Source of the DNA: Octopus bimaculoides
Lineage: Eukaryota
Length of the DNA: 64,000 nt
Direction of reading: 5' to 3'
Assembly: GCF_001194135.2 (NCBI RefSeq)
Contig: NC_068983.1
Coordinates: forward strand, 8,843,728 to 8,907,727
Shown: piece by piece, positions 26,859 to 39,100 of the stretch
Position numbering within the stretch: position 1 is the stretch's first letter
Layout of the letters: each line of letters opens with the position of its first letter
Notes under the pieces: generated by a model
Seen by the model: the letters and a program-made list of their open reading frames with translations, nothing else
Databases searched by the model: none
What the model was told of the DNA's origin: nothing
Made by a program: the position numbers and the translations under genes

Positions 26859-27699
26859 TGGCTCAGGGTGGTAGTTGAAATACAAATGTATACCTTCAAT
26901 TTATACATAGTTTTCAATTATTCAGAGCGAAAGATAGCAAAATTAAAAAATGGTAACTGCATACACGTGTTGCTCAGGTGCAAGCTTCATGTGCTCTTCA
27001 GAATTATGTATTTAAAATAGAAGCAACTCGTTTATTTATTACAGAATGATTTAAATTATATTTTTGTGCAGTTATCCCATAAAAGCATGCATATTTGTGA
27101 ACACACACACACACACACACACACGTTTATGTATATTCGTATGTACGTATAGTAATAGAGTAGTGTGTTTTTCGTGACGCATTGTGTGATATATGTAAAC
27201 ATTTCTTATTAATTTTTTACAGCCAAAATAATGCAAGTTATAAAAAAAAAAGAAGCTTGTGCAGATTGATGGATATAGAGTTTCCATTCAAATAATTGCC
27301 ATGCTTTCGCTCCTGTAAAAAAAATGCGTTTTTAACACTTTGACATTATGTCTGACAATTCAGCCATGTAATCAGAAGAGAGAGAGAGAGAGAGGAAAAA
27401 AACTGTAATGCCGATTATAAACATTTTTAATCTTTCAGTTGGTTATGCCATCAAGATTATGCTAAGACTTAGAATATCTTGTTACTGTATTTTACTAAAT
27501 CTATTAAATCTCTTATCTAAATATTATAGTTAGCCTGCCATCATTTGAATTAGCTGTTGATAGGAAAAAAAAAATCCAGTGAGGTCATATTTAAGACTTA
27601 CTTCTATCTAACTACCTATTTATTTATCTATCAATCCATTCCTATCTATGTCTCCCTAGCTATATATCTATTTATCTTGCTGGCTCTCTTGTTTCTTGT

Positions 27700-27910
27700 G
27701 ACTTAGTGGTTAGGTTATTCAGCTCACAAACGTAACTTTATCAGTTCAATATCCGGTAGTGCATTGCATTCTTCGCCAACCGGTCTATTTCACGCTGCTT
27801 CATTTCTCTCAGCTGCTAAAAATGATTTGTATCTGTGTCATGCTGAATCTCACTGAAAACTGTGCTAGGAGTACGCCTGTTACTTGAGTGCTCAACCACT
27901 TACACGTTCA
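27700..27910 (+). mobile_element. degenerate tRNA-derived SINE
   Basis: A-box-like ttagtggttagg and B-box-like agttcaatatcc, followed by a body. Confidence 0.5.
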
Positions 27911-27944
27911 TTATATATAAATATATATATTAGTCAATCCAAAC

Positions 27945-28133
27945 ATGAACAAGCATGAAAAAACACGAATAAAACAACAACACTAGGATGTGGAATAAGT
28001 ACAGTGTTATTAGAATCAAAGGAAAGGAAAGAAAAGAAAGAGGATTTCACGTTTCGAGCGGAGCTCTTCATCAGAAATATAGGAAAAGTCCAAAGGAGGG
28101 AAGACGGAGAGAGAAAATCGCCAACGATGCACA

Positions 28134-28138
<5 letters not shown>
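27945..28138 (-). mobile_element. short PLE-terminus-like repeat (family H2) between (TA)n runs, with an intact CUGAUGA/GAAA core
   Basis: Minus 28078-28044: AUUU-CUGAUGA-A-GAGC(ucc)GCUC-GAA-ACGU-G-AAAU. Confidence 0.7.
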
Positions 28139-28176
<38 letters not shown>

Positions 28177-28337
28177 TAAATTTCGTTTTTGTATCTGGTT
28201 TGCAAGATCCTTTATGGGAATTCGTATGTTGAAGTAAATTTTGTTACGTCTGGTGACAGACATATTGTCCTAAGGCCTCATCTAACACGCTCACTGGTTC
28301 GATTTACACTCATTTATAATTCATATTTGTGTTTCTC

Positions 28338-28410
<73 letters not shown>

Positions 28411-28859
28411 ATATATATGCGTGTGTGTATATAGGTACACACGAATGTATATTTATGCGTGTGTGTATGTGCATGCGCGTGCGTGCGTTTGAGTGTGCAT
28501 CTGTGTGTGCATGCATATTTGTGTAGGTGGAGTTGAGTTTACGTCATCATTCATCGATGAAGAACAATCGAGCAGAATAGCATATGAAAATACAGGTTAT
28601 ACAAGATTTTAATGTCATGCTGTCACGTCGCTGGAAGCCGTTTAAATGTGCCAAGACATGCAGGCTTCTATATTATCAATTTGGATGACAGCTTTATGGT
28701 ATGTGTCTTGTTTCTAATTATGGTTTATTAATGTTTTCATATAGCACCAACGCATAGAAAGTTGACTGAGATCTACAGATTCAGAACCATGCAATGCCCC
28801 ACCCACAACTACGTATATGCAGAAAGACGCAGCCGCACACTCCCACAGACATATATAAC

Positions 28860-29040
28860 TGTCATCTTTTATATGTTTTAGTAATTAGACTGCGGTCATG
28901 CAAATGTACCGCCTTCAAGATTTCAGTGGAATATATCGACACCAACGCATATTTTTAAAGCCTGGTACTTATTTTATTGGTCCTTTCAGCCGAATCGCTA
29001 GATTACGGAGACGTAGAGAAACCAAAACCGTCGTGAATTT
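28860..29040 (-). mobile_element. SINE tail (family A), degenerate
   Basis: gactgcggtcatgc...ccgccttcaag and ggtacttatttt..cagccgaatcgctagattacggagacgta are the reverse complement of the family A tail. Confidence 0.55.
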
Positions 29041-29144
29041 TAGGTAGGAGACAAAAAAAACAAAGACAAAACAAAGGCACATATAGATAGACACCCATAG
29101 ACAAATATATATAAATTTTCATATGTATATTTATGATTTAGTGA

Positions 29145-29480
29145 AGTCACACGGCTCAGTGGGTAGAGCATCGAGCTTACGATCGTGAGGCTGTGAGTTC
29201 GAATCCCGGACCGGGCTGCGTGTTGTGTTCCTGAGCAAGACACTTTATTTCACGTTGATCTAGTTCACTAAGCTGTAGGAATGAGCTGCGACGTCACAGG
29301 TGCCAAGCTGTATCGGCTCCTTTGCCTTTCCTTTGGATAACACTGGTGGCGTGGAGAGGGGAGGCCGGTGTGCATGGGCGACTGCTGGTCTTCCATAAAC
29401 AACCTTTCCCGGACTTGTGCCTGGGAGGGTAACCTTCCAGGTGCAATCCCATGGTCAGGTATGACCGAAGAGGGTCTCAG
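29145..29480 (+). mobile_element. well-preserved tRNA-derived SINE with a CORE-like segment
   Basis: A box ggctcagtggg, B box gagttcgaatccc, then tgtgttcctgagcaagacacttt. Not a functional tRNA because it continues into the SINE body. Confidence 0.8.
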
Positions 29481-29559
29481 TCATTTATGATTTATATGAG
29501 GTGTAGAGAAAAAGTATCCGACCTTGATTTTCTTTTTTTTGTTGTACAAAATGACAATG

Positions 29560-29990
29560 CATGGACAGTGTCCGCATATTTATTAAGTGGCTGTGTCCTT
29601 CCTGATCATGAGCGAATGCTTGCGTGTAAGTAGGTTGCGCCATTCGCCCGCAGTAACGTCGCAACTCATTTCTACAGATGAATGAACCGGAGCAACGTGA
29701 AATGACGTGTCTTCTCAAAAACACAACTCGGTCTGGGATTAGAATTCACTACTCCTGTATCATGTGCCTTCACATCTCTCACAAAACAGCGTTAATACTT
29801 CAAATCTTCTGCCAATTCAGCGGCGAGCTGGCTGAATTATTAACATGTTGGTCAAAATGCTTAGCGGTGTTTCTTCAAGCTTCATGTTTATGTTCTGAGG
29901 TCGACTTTATGTCTCATCTGATGGAGCTCCATAAATATAGTATCAGTAGAGTACTTGGGTCTCTCAAATGACCCTAGTCATGTACTGGGT
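29560..29990. mobile_element. adjacent degenerate SINEs (minus about 29560-29760; family C plus about 29820-29990)
   Basis: ggagcaacgtgaaatgacgtgtcttctcaaaaacacaac (reverse CORE-like); ggcgagctggctgaattattaaca...gaggtcgacttt. Confidence 0.6.
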
Positions 29991-31039
29991 TCGGTGAAAC
30001 AAGTATCAGTCGTGCTCTAGGGTTTATGTAACCAATTAAGCTACTTCTGTAAATTGTGGGATATTTTGCCTATGGTAGAAAGAGTATACAGACAGTCGGT
30101 AGCATAATCTGACTACCTTATCGCTATACGATGGTGCGTGTCGTTGAGGTGATAGCAAACTCGCGGAATACATCATTTGCAGCGGTGACTATTCTTACTC
30201 TCATTTCTAGCGATTTATCTTTATTTTCATTTAGAGTCATCAAGCAAGTCATGAACTTCACAAACTCTCACGCCTCAAATTCGTTTAAAATTATAAGGTT
30301 TACGCCATCAAATGTAATCAATACTTGTGACTTTTGACACAATTTCAAGAAAGATGCCAGTTTATTATGTTTTAAATATGTTTTATTAATTTTGCCCTGA
30401 CGCTGTACACGCCCACTTGTAAAATGTAATTAAATTGTATTCAGGCAATTTTGTCTTTTCTCATATAACTGAAGTGTTAAAATAAAATCGAAAGAAAAAG
30501 AAAACTTGTCATACGTTCTTTATAATCTGTTGTTGAGAAGTAGTTCATTTTACTCTTCTGCTAATTGCATTACAAGGAGATTTCCTATGGCTTGTAGACC
30601 GCAATTGAAAACAAGTATACACGCATGCGTGTATTCAACCACACACGAATACACGCAAAGACACCTATACGCACTCACAAAGATACATGAGAACGCTCAC
30701 TCAGAAACACACAAAATACATACATAGACACACGGTCATGTTCGTTTTATATTAATAGCACGAATAAACCACGTATTTTCTGTTAGAATTGAGGATATGG
30801 ATTTCTGTCGGAAAATAAATAAATAAATAAAATAGCCATAAAAAGCTTTTTATTACAGAAATATTTAATTTTCTAGATATCTCAACATTCTTCACGCGTT
30901 GTTATTTTGGTTTCCCATGAATATATTTTGAACTAGACTTGGCACACAACCAGTTTTTCTCAAAGGGGAATTTTTTTTTCTTTATCCTATTATTAGTACT
31001 GTCATGGCTATGAAAACACGAGTGACATTCAATTTATTA

Positions 31040-31325
31040 TAGTTGTTAATGTTATCATCATCATCACCATTACCGGTAGAACTACCACCACCACCAATAT
31101 TATCCCCACCACCACAACCACCACCACAACCATTGAAACCAACACTGCCACCACCGCCATAATCATCATCATTATCATGACCACCACCACAACTACCACC
31201 ACTACTACTACCACCAACAACACAACCACCACTACCATCACCACCTCTACCATAATCATCAACTTCACCACCACCACCACCACCACTGCCACCATTACTA
31301 CTTCTGATACTACTACTACTTCTAA
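31040..31325. repeat. degenerate (ACC/ACT/ATC)n microsatellite
   Basis: Explains the poly-T and poly-V ORFs at 31029-31362. Confidence 0.9.
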
Positions 31326-31984
31326 GGTAGTGATTCCTAATTGCATTAACCGTTTTTCTTAATCACAAGGTTTGGTGACAACAAGTCTCCTCAAATCTCA
31401 AAAATCTTTTTTAGGATTCTTGCAGAATATAAGATGGTATTTTTCTGCAAGTCTAGACGAGTTTCAATTTCTTTCAGTCATTTTGGTAGCATTTTGGGTG
31501 CTTTCCTAAGGCTGCCAAATACTGCAGATAGATTGCTGTTTTTTTTCCTTCCACAGTCCCCTCGGATCATCATCATCATTATTATTATTATTATCATCAT
31601 CATTCAAATTTCACGACGTCGACTTTGTCTTTTATCCATTCGGGGTCGAAAAAATAAGTACGATTCGAGCACTTGGGTCGAGGTAGTAGACTACCCGCCT
31701 TCTCCCAAATTTCAGCCCTTGTGCCTATAGTAGAAAGGATTATTATTATTATTATTCAGTAGTTTTATAACGTGCCTTAACTGCACTACCGAGCGCAGCT
31801 CTGTGTGCCTTGCGTATGTGCTGGATGGTTTTCCTGTATCCTACTGATTTTAGGCGCTTTTAATAAATGTTCTTCACTATTATTATTGTTATTATTATTA
31901 CTATTATCATTATCTTTATTATTGCTGTTATCACAATCATTATTATTATTTTTTAAAATTATTTTACTTTTCAGAGCTGTCGGT

Positions 31985-32585
31985 TTTGCTTGCACTTATT
32001 GATCCTGTGTGAGATGGCGGCAACCTGTTGTTTGAGGTCTCACAGGTTTTCTTTCCGCAAGTTACAAGCTTTGGTACCTGGATGCTAATGAACGTGGAAG
32101 ACAGTCAACACTCAGACACCAGTCTCGAAATCCTACCTGTCCCAAATCGCGCTGTTTTGGGGAGACTGCTGTGCCCTCAATTCAATTCCAGTTTCTCCGA
32201 TATATTTCTCGAACCTGGTTGTCAGTGCTCTGGGTGCCCCTACATTTACCAAGATAACAGTTACTCTCCTCATTGCCCACATTCTTGAAATTTCCTCTTT
32301 TACTAATCTGTATTATTCCATTTTCTCCAACTCTTTATCATCTCCCCGTATATTTCCAAGTACAGTAATATCTTTGATATTAGTTTCCTTTCTCCTTTAA
32401 CCTACCAGAATAAAGTCTGGTCTCCGAATATCGATTAGGGGGTTACATTGGATTGTAAAATCACACAGGATATTGTATTCAGTGTTCTGAGTGACACCCT
32501 TTCGTTCGTGTTTGTGCCATTTCTGTGTTCTGTCCAGGATCGGGATGTGTCCATGTGCCTTGCAGGCTAAGTCAGGAGAGGTCGA
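31985..32585 (-). mobile_element. R4/Dong-like non-LTR retrotransposon 3' end (REL endonuclease pseudogene)
   Basis: One minus frame: KWHKHERKGVTQNTEYNILCDFTIQCNPLIDIRRPDFILVG*..IKDITV..KELEKME*Y..EEISRMW..VTVILVNVGA (PD..D..K REL pattern); (TAA)-rich run 3' of it at about 31880-31950. Confidence 0.8.
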
Positions 32586-33549
32586 TGCAGTTGATGACTA
32601 ATTAATACTTCCATAAGTTAATGAGTATATGAAATGCATGAAAGGGGTAGAATAATGAAACCTATATATGGTACTCTCTGCTCCAGTGTTTAAACGTGCT
32701 TGAAATATTAACAGGAGGAAAGGCAAGGGATTTGTGTAATGTTGGGAAGAGTTGATACGCTACTTGTTAGATAAATGAATAATAAGGAATTAAATCATAT
32801 GAGGAGCAAAGAAAACTGACATATTCCCTCATGCGGTTTGCGCAGCCTATGAACAATACAGGATGCATATGCTTTATAACTAGGTAACTTCTGTTACTTT
32901 AAGTATCTTTTTATTTTTATTTATTGCTACATAAAACATTGCATGCAAGTGATATATGGCAATAAATAGATGATCTGATGCACCGAGGTGCAGACATTTC
33001 ATTAGCATGTTAAATAACATTGGAAAATTATGCAAAGATGAAAGAAGCAGTCAAACCATAGCGATGTGTGAACTAACAATAAAACTGATTTTCGTAATCA
33101 CATAGTGCAGCTCTTTACCTGTTCTACAGATTTTCTGCTTGTCTGCATCATGTATAAGACTGAAATTTTCATACTATGAATTAGTGACGCAATTGATTAG
33201 CAAAGAAAGTCATTTGTATTTCATATTGCGTCAAACTTGTAGATCAAATATGATAATAGCTGATACACAAAACATGCTAAATAACGTTGCTGTCTACTCC
33301 TGATGTAAGCACTAGGATGGTAATTGGAAGAGAAACGTCATTCGAAAAGATCGATCCAAACACAGAGCTGATACTGTTACTATCACCACGTGAGATTTGA
33401 AAACGGAGTATAAAGAAGAGGGAAAAAATACTGCTCAACCAATTTGCCACCTGCACTTCATTATGTATTACGGGGCAATTTAGAGACTCGTTGTTACTTC
33501 CTTTATCAGTAATTCTGGGTAGTAAAAGTAAAGTACCTCTCCGACTCAT

Positions 33550-33778
33550 AGGTCCTGTTTCCCGGTTTCCATGACATATATATACGTCCCACCTAAACGG
33601 GAAGCCGGTCCATCACAGGATTACTCATTTTTACCAACCGATTGGACTGGAGCAACGTAACATGAAGTGTCTTGCTCAAAAACAAATCGCGTCACCCGGT
33701 CCAGGAATCGAAACCACAACCTTACGATCAGGAGTCCAACACCCTAACCACTATTCCACGCGTCTCTACAAGTGTAGA
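33550..33778 (-). mobile_element. tRNA-derived SINE with a CORE-like segment
   Basis: Minus: gtggaatagtggttagggtg...ggtttcgattcctggaccggg...ttgagcaagacacttcat...tgatggaccggcttcccg. Confidence 0.75.
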
Positions 33779-34661
33779 CAGTGATATTTAACACAATATT
33801 TCTTTCAGTTGAGAACTATACTGAACCTCAGGAAGGGTCAATCGAAAGCACGTCATCTATCAACCTTGAAAATTTGAAATCTAAACGTAAGGTAGCGGAA
33901 AATCTGCATGACCATCTCGCAGGCTTAATTATGTATTACGAGGCAATTTACAGACCTCTATTACTCTACACCTCTTCTTTACAGCACTAATAGTACAAAG
34001 GTATATACCATACAACATGGTCAGTCTTTTACTTAGGAACTGTATTGAATAAATTCTAATTTGTGGATGCAATGTCGTAATGTATTCCCAATCGGACGAA
34101 ATTTACTTTACTTCTTTTTATGGGCTTGCCAAACGCAAGATGATCACGAATTTATTTTGCATTTCCCTTGAAACATTGAACCACATATAATTTCTTCCCA
34201 CTCAGAAAAGGAAAGAAAAAAATATAACGACTTAGCAATCAATAATTCTACAGACTTTGACAATAATGATGACTAATCATTTAAAAGTATTCCTTCTACA
34301 ATAACGAAAGTGATTTACAACTAACTGAACCATCAATACAACTATTTTTCTCACAAAAATTGACCTCATGCTGGTCCCACCAGCGGTCGTTTCATTTTTA
34401 AGAGCACCTCCATTCTATAGGTTGTTTCATCTTGCAGCTATAATTATGTTGTGCAGAATACGAATAATTTTGGCAATACTGCTGGTTTTGCATTATCTTC
34501 GATAGTCTTTCGGTCTTTTCAATGACAGTTTGTTGATGTTTATTTGTACACACAGGCACACATACACGAACACACATATGTATAAAAAACGGATATATAT
34601 ATGTGTGCATGTTTGTGTGTGTGTGTGTGTGTATGTATATATGATTTATATGTATTATATA

Positions 34662-35938
34662 TTGAGTTGGCGCATAATTTTTGCTGCTTTTGTTCAACAA
34701 ATTTTATTCAACAAAAACATTAATAATACTTAACGAAAACGGTCGGGTTTTTTCATAAAAATGCGTATCGAAAATCATATCCACATTCGTCATATTATGC
34801 TCTACCAATTCGAGAAAGGTTTGAATGCAGTACAGTCATTTCGTGGTCTCAAAGAACTTTTTGGTGAAGGAACAGTCAGCAAAAGCCAAGTTGAAAGCTG
34901 GTTCAGGAAGTTCAAATCGGGCGATACAAACCTAGCAGACGAAAAAGCAAGCGGTCAACCATACAATTTCAACGACCCGGCACTTTTTGCAGCCGTGGAA
35001 GAGGACGAAGCTTGAAAATGAGAATGTTGGTCGAAGACTTCAATGTGGACCATTCGACCATCTTTCGTTGTCTAAGGAAGCTCGAGAAAGTACAGAAATA
35101 GGCTGAGTGGGGCCCCCACGAACTCTCCAATAACAACAAAGCCGAACGTGTCCGAATTTTTACCGATTTGCTGCAATGAAATGAGGAAACTCCGTTCCTG
35201 AAGAATCTCGTCACTGGGGATGAATCTTAGCTTCTCTTCGAAAACGTCAAAAGAAAAGTTTGCGTTTCGCCAGGTGTTACACCCAAAGGAATACCGAAGG
35301 GCGTCCACTGTAAGAACGCAACGTGGTGTATTTGGTGGGAGAGAAGCGGTATCATTCAATGGTAATTCATCTCAGACGGGATATGTTATTAGTGGAATGA
35401 CGACGATGAGCGTCAACAGTGGCGGGATTCCGGACAAAAAAGGCAAGTGGCAATTAAATATCAACAGCGACGTTTATCTAATTCAACTTGAACGCATTCA
35501 CGTTGCAATCGAGAGAAAAAGACCGCGCAAAAAGAACTAAATCGTATTCCACCACGATAATGCGCGTCCACATGTTGAGCGGCATGTCGTCGAATCTATC
35601 GCCAATAAGGGCTGGGAACTGCTTCGTCATCCGCCATATTCTCCCACAGAAGCGCGTACAGACTATAACGTCAATTAATCACTGAAGCATTTGCTCGTGA
35701 ACAAACTTTCCGACGACTTGGATGACTTGGTAGCCGCCGTCAAAGAGTGGATTGCTTCTCAGAACAGTAACTTCTTCGCCCGTGGAATCGACCGTCTGGC
35801 AAGCAAATGGGAAGCAGTAATTGAAGTAGATGGTGAATATGCTCCGGAATAAAGATGTTTTTGTTACATGTTGTTATTGTTTTTGTTGAATAAATTCGTC
35901 GAAAGCAAAAAAGGCTCAGTAATTATGCACCAACCCAA
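34662..35938 (+). mobile_element. full-length (1277 bp) inactive mariner transposon, D,D34D
   Basis: TA at 34660-61 and 35939-40; TIRs ttgagttggcgcataatt and ttgggttggtgcataatt (rc); motifs WGPHEL, TGDES, HDNARPH, HPPYSPTEARTDY with 34 residues between the 2nd and 3rd D. Confidence 0.95.
34761..35852 (+). pseudogene. mariner transposase pseudogene (about 363 codons, with frameshifts and stops)
   Basis: ATG at 34761 (MRIENHIHIRHIMLYQFEKG...) to ...VIEVDGEYAPE* with TAA at 35850-35852. Confidence 0.9.
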
Positions 35939-36784
35939 TATACAAGGTATATATAAATATATATATATATATCTATATATAATGTATACATATACCTATA
36001 TGTGTGCGTGTATATATGTATGTGCATATATANNNNNNNNNNNNNNNNNNNNNNNNNNNNNNNNNNNNNNNNNNNNNNNNNNNNNNNNNNNNNNNNNNNN
36101 NNNNNNNNNNNNNNNNNNNNNNNNNNNNNNNNNNNNNNNNNNNNNNNNNNNNNNNNNNNNNNNNNNNNNNNNNNNNNNNNNNNNNNNNNNNNNNNNNNNN
36201 NNNNNNNNNNNNNNNNNNNNNNNNNNNNNNNNNNNNNNNNNNNNNNNNNNNNNNNNNNNNNNNNNNNNNNNNNNNNNNNNNNNNNNNNNNNNNNNNNNNN
36301 NNNNNNNNNNNNNNNNNNNNNNNNNNNNNNNNNNNNNNNNNNNNNNNNNNNNNNNNNNNNNNNNNNNNNNNNNNNNNNNNNNNNNNNNNNNNNNNNNNNN
36401 NNNNNNNNNNNNNNNNNNNNNNNNNNNNNNNNNNNNNNNNNNNNNNNNNNNNNNNNNNNNNNNNNNNNNNNNNNNNNNNNNNNNNNNNNNNNNNNNNNNN
36501 NNNNNNNNNNNNNNNNNNNNNNNNNNNNNNNNNNNNNNNNNNNNNNNNNNNNNNNNNNNNNNNNNNNNNNNNNNNNNNNNNNNNNNNNNNNNNNNNNNNN
36601 NNNNNNNNNNNNNNNNNNNNNNNNNNNNNNNNNNNNNNNNNNNNNNNNNNNNNNNNNNNNNNNNNNNNNNNNNNNNNNNNNNNNNNNNNNNNNNNNNNNN
36701 NNNNNNNNNNNNNNNNNNNNNNNNNNNNNNNNNNNNNNNNNNNNNNNNNNNNNNNNNNNNNNNNNNNNNNNNNNNNNNNNNNNN

Positions 36785-39020
36785 GAAGAGGAGTATGGGA
36801 GGGGAGAGAAAGAGAGGAGAGAGGGTGGGTATAAGAGAGGGAAGGTGGATTGAGAGAGGGGGAAGGTGGGTATAGGGGGGAAGAGAGAGGGGGAAGGTGA
36901 GTATGGTGGGAGAAAGAGTGAGAGAGAAAAGATTGGGAGAGAGGGAAGAGGGATATGGGGGAGAGAAAGAGAGAAAGAGAAAGAGAGTGAGCGAGAGAAG
37001 AGAGTGAGAGAGTAAGGGTAAGAGTAAGGGTGAGAGAGTAAGAGAGTAAGAATGTAGAGAGTAAGAGTGAGAGAGAGTGAGAGAGAGGGAGAGAGAGGGA
37101 AAGAGAGAAGAGAGTGAGAGAGTAAGAGTGTAGAGAAGAGAGTGAGTAAGAGAGAGGAGAGAATAAGAGAGAGGAGAGAATAAGAGAGAGCAGAGAAAGA
37201 GTAGGGGTGAAGAGAAGTAGGAGTGGAGAGAAGTAGGAAGAGAAGTGGGAAGAGAAGTAGGAGTGGAGAGAAGTAGGAATGAAGAGAAGTAGGAAGAGAA
37301 GTAGGAGTGAAGAGACGTACAAAGAAGTAGGAGTGGGAGCATGAGGGGAGGTNNNNNNNNNNNNNNNNNNNNNNNNNNNNNNNNNNNNNNNNNNNNNNNN
37401 NNNNNNNNNNNNNNNNNNNNNNNNNNNNNNNNNNNNNNNNNNNNNNNNNNNNNNNNNNNNNNNNNNNNNNNNNNNNNNNNNNNNNNNNNNNNNNNNNNNN
37501 NNNNNNNNNNNNNNNNNNNNNNNNNNNNNNNNNNNNNNNNNNNNNNNNNNNNNNNNNNNNNNNNNNNNNNNNNNNNNNNNNNNNNNNNNNNNNNNNNNNN
37601 NNNNNNNNNNNNNNNNNNNNNNNNNNNNNNNNNNNNNNNNNNNNNNNNNNNNNNNNNNNNNNNNNNNNNNNNNNNNNNNNNNNNNNNNNNNNNNNNNNNN
37701 NNNNNNNNNNNNNNNNNNNNNNNNNNNNNNNNNNNNNNNNNNNNNNNNNNNNNNNNNNNNNNNNNNNNNNNNNNNNNNNNNNNNNNNNNNNNNNNNNNNN
37801 NNNNNNNNNNNNNNNNNNNNNNNNNNNNNNNNNNNNNNNNNNNNNNNNNNNNNNNNNNNNNNNNNNNNNNNNNNNNNNNNNNNNNNNNNNNNNNNNNNNN
37901 NNNNNNNNNNNNNNNNNNNNNNNNNNNNNNNNNNNNNNNNNNNNNNNNNGGGAAAAGGGAGGCGGGAAAAAGCAGGGCGAGTTCGGGGGGGAGAGGGCAG
38001 ATGCACGGTCCACAGAACGTGCTCTGGTAAGGGCGGTGTGGATGGTGGTGGGTGGATATCCTCGCAGGCTAAAGTGGTGAGCCATGAGTTAAGACAGTCT
38101 CAAAGTCATGGCTGTCGCTACAAAGTCTGCGTAGACGGAGGAATTGGGAATAGGGGATGGAAGGTTTGGTGTGTCTAGGGTGGGAGGAGGAGAAGTTGAG
38201 ATAGGAGTGTGAGTGTGTGTTTGTAGTGGATGGAGGTGCTAAGGGCGGAGTGGAGGATGCTGACCGAAATGTCGAGAAAGGGGACAGAGGTGTCAGAGAC
38301 NNNNNNNNNNNNNNNNNNNNNNNNNNNNNNNNNNNNNNNNNNNNNNNNNNNNNNNNNNNNNNNNNNNNNNNNNNNNNNNNNNNNNNNNNNNNNNNNNNNN
38401 NNNNNNNNNNNNNNNNNNNNNNNNNNNNNNNNNNNNNNNNNNNNNNNNNNNNNNNNNNNNNNNNNNNNNNNNNNNNNNNNNNNNNNNNNNNNNNNNNNNN
38501 NNNNNNNNNNNNNNNNNNNNNNNNNNNNNNNNNNNNNNNNNNNNNNNNNNNNNNNNNNNNNNNNNNNNNNNNNNNNNNNNNNNNNNNNNNNNNNNNNNNN
38601 NNNNNNNNNNNNNNNNNNNNNNNNNNNNNNNNNNNNNNNNNNNNNNNNNNNNNNNNNNNNNNNNNNNNNNNNNNNNNNNNNNNNNNNNNNNNNNNNNNNN
38701 NNNNNNNNNNNNNNNNNNNNNNNNNNNNNNNNNNNNNNNNNNNNNNNNNNNNNNNNNNNNNNNNNNNNNNNNNNNNNNNNNNNNNNNNNNNNNNNNNNNN
38801 NNNNNNNNNNNNNNNNNNNNNNNNNNNNNNNNNNNNNNNNNNNNNNNNNNNNNNNNNNNNNNNNNNNNNNNNNNNNNNNNNNNNNNNNNNNNNNNNNNNN
38901 NNNNNNNNNNNNNNNNNNNNNNNNNNNNNNNNNNNNNNNNNNNNNNNNNNNNNNNNNNNNNNNNNNNNNNNNNNNNNNNNNNNNNCGATGGGGAGGCCAG
39001 GGTTGTTCGGTTTGTACTTA
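36785..39020 (-). mobile_element. Penelope-like retroelement interrupted by two assembly gaps
   Basis: KYKPNNPGLPI (KIHKP..PGRPI-like) at 38986-39019; HSYLNFSSSHPRHTKPSIPYSQFLRLRRLCSD at about 38100-38200; MAHHFSLRGYP at about 38050-38085; CT-rich 3' region 36785-37352. Confidence 0.8.
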
Positions 39021-39063
39021 CCTACAGACATACATACGATACGTTGTATATAGATATTTAGAA

Positions 39064-39100
<37 letters not shown>

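Noticed and set aside
29145-29215. tRNA gene
   Set aside because: A and B boxes are present, but the stems pair poorly and the sequence continues into a SINE body. The same applies to the other tRNA-like heads.
32918-32968. 51-nt imperfect hairpin as a pre-miRNA
   Set aside because: It is short and very AT-rich, centred on the palindrome ttgcatgcaa with no proper loop, and matches no miRNA I recognise.
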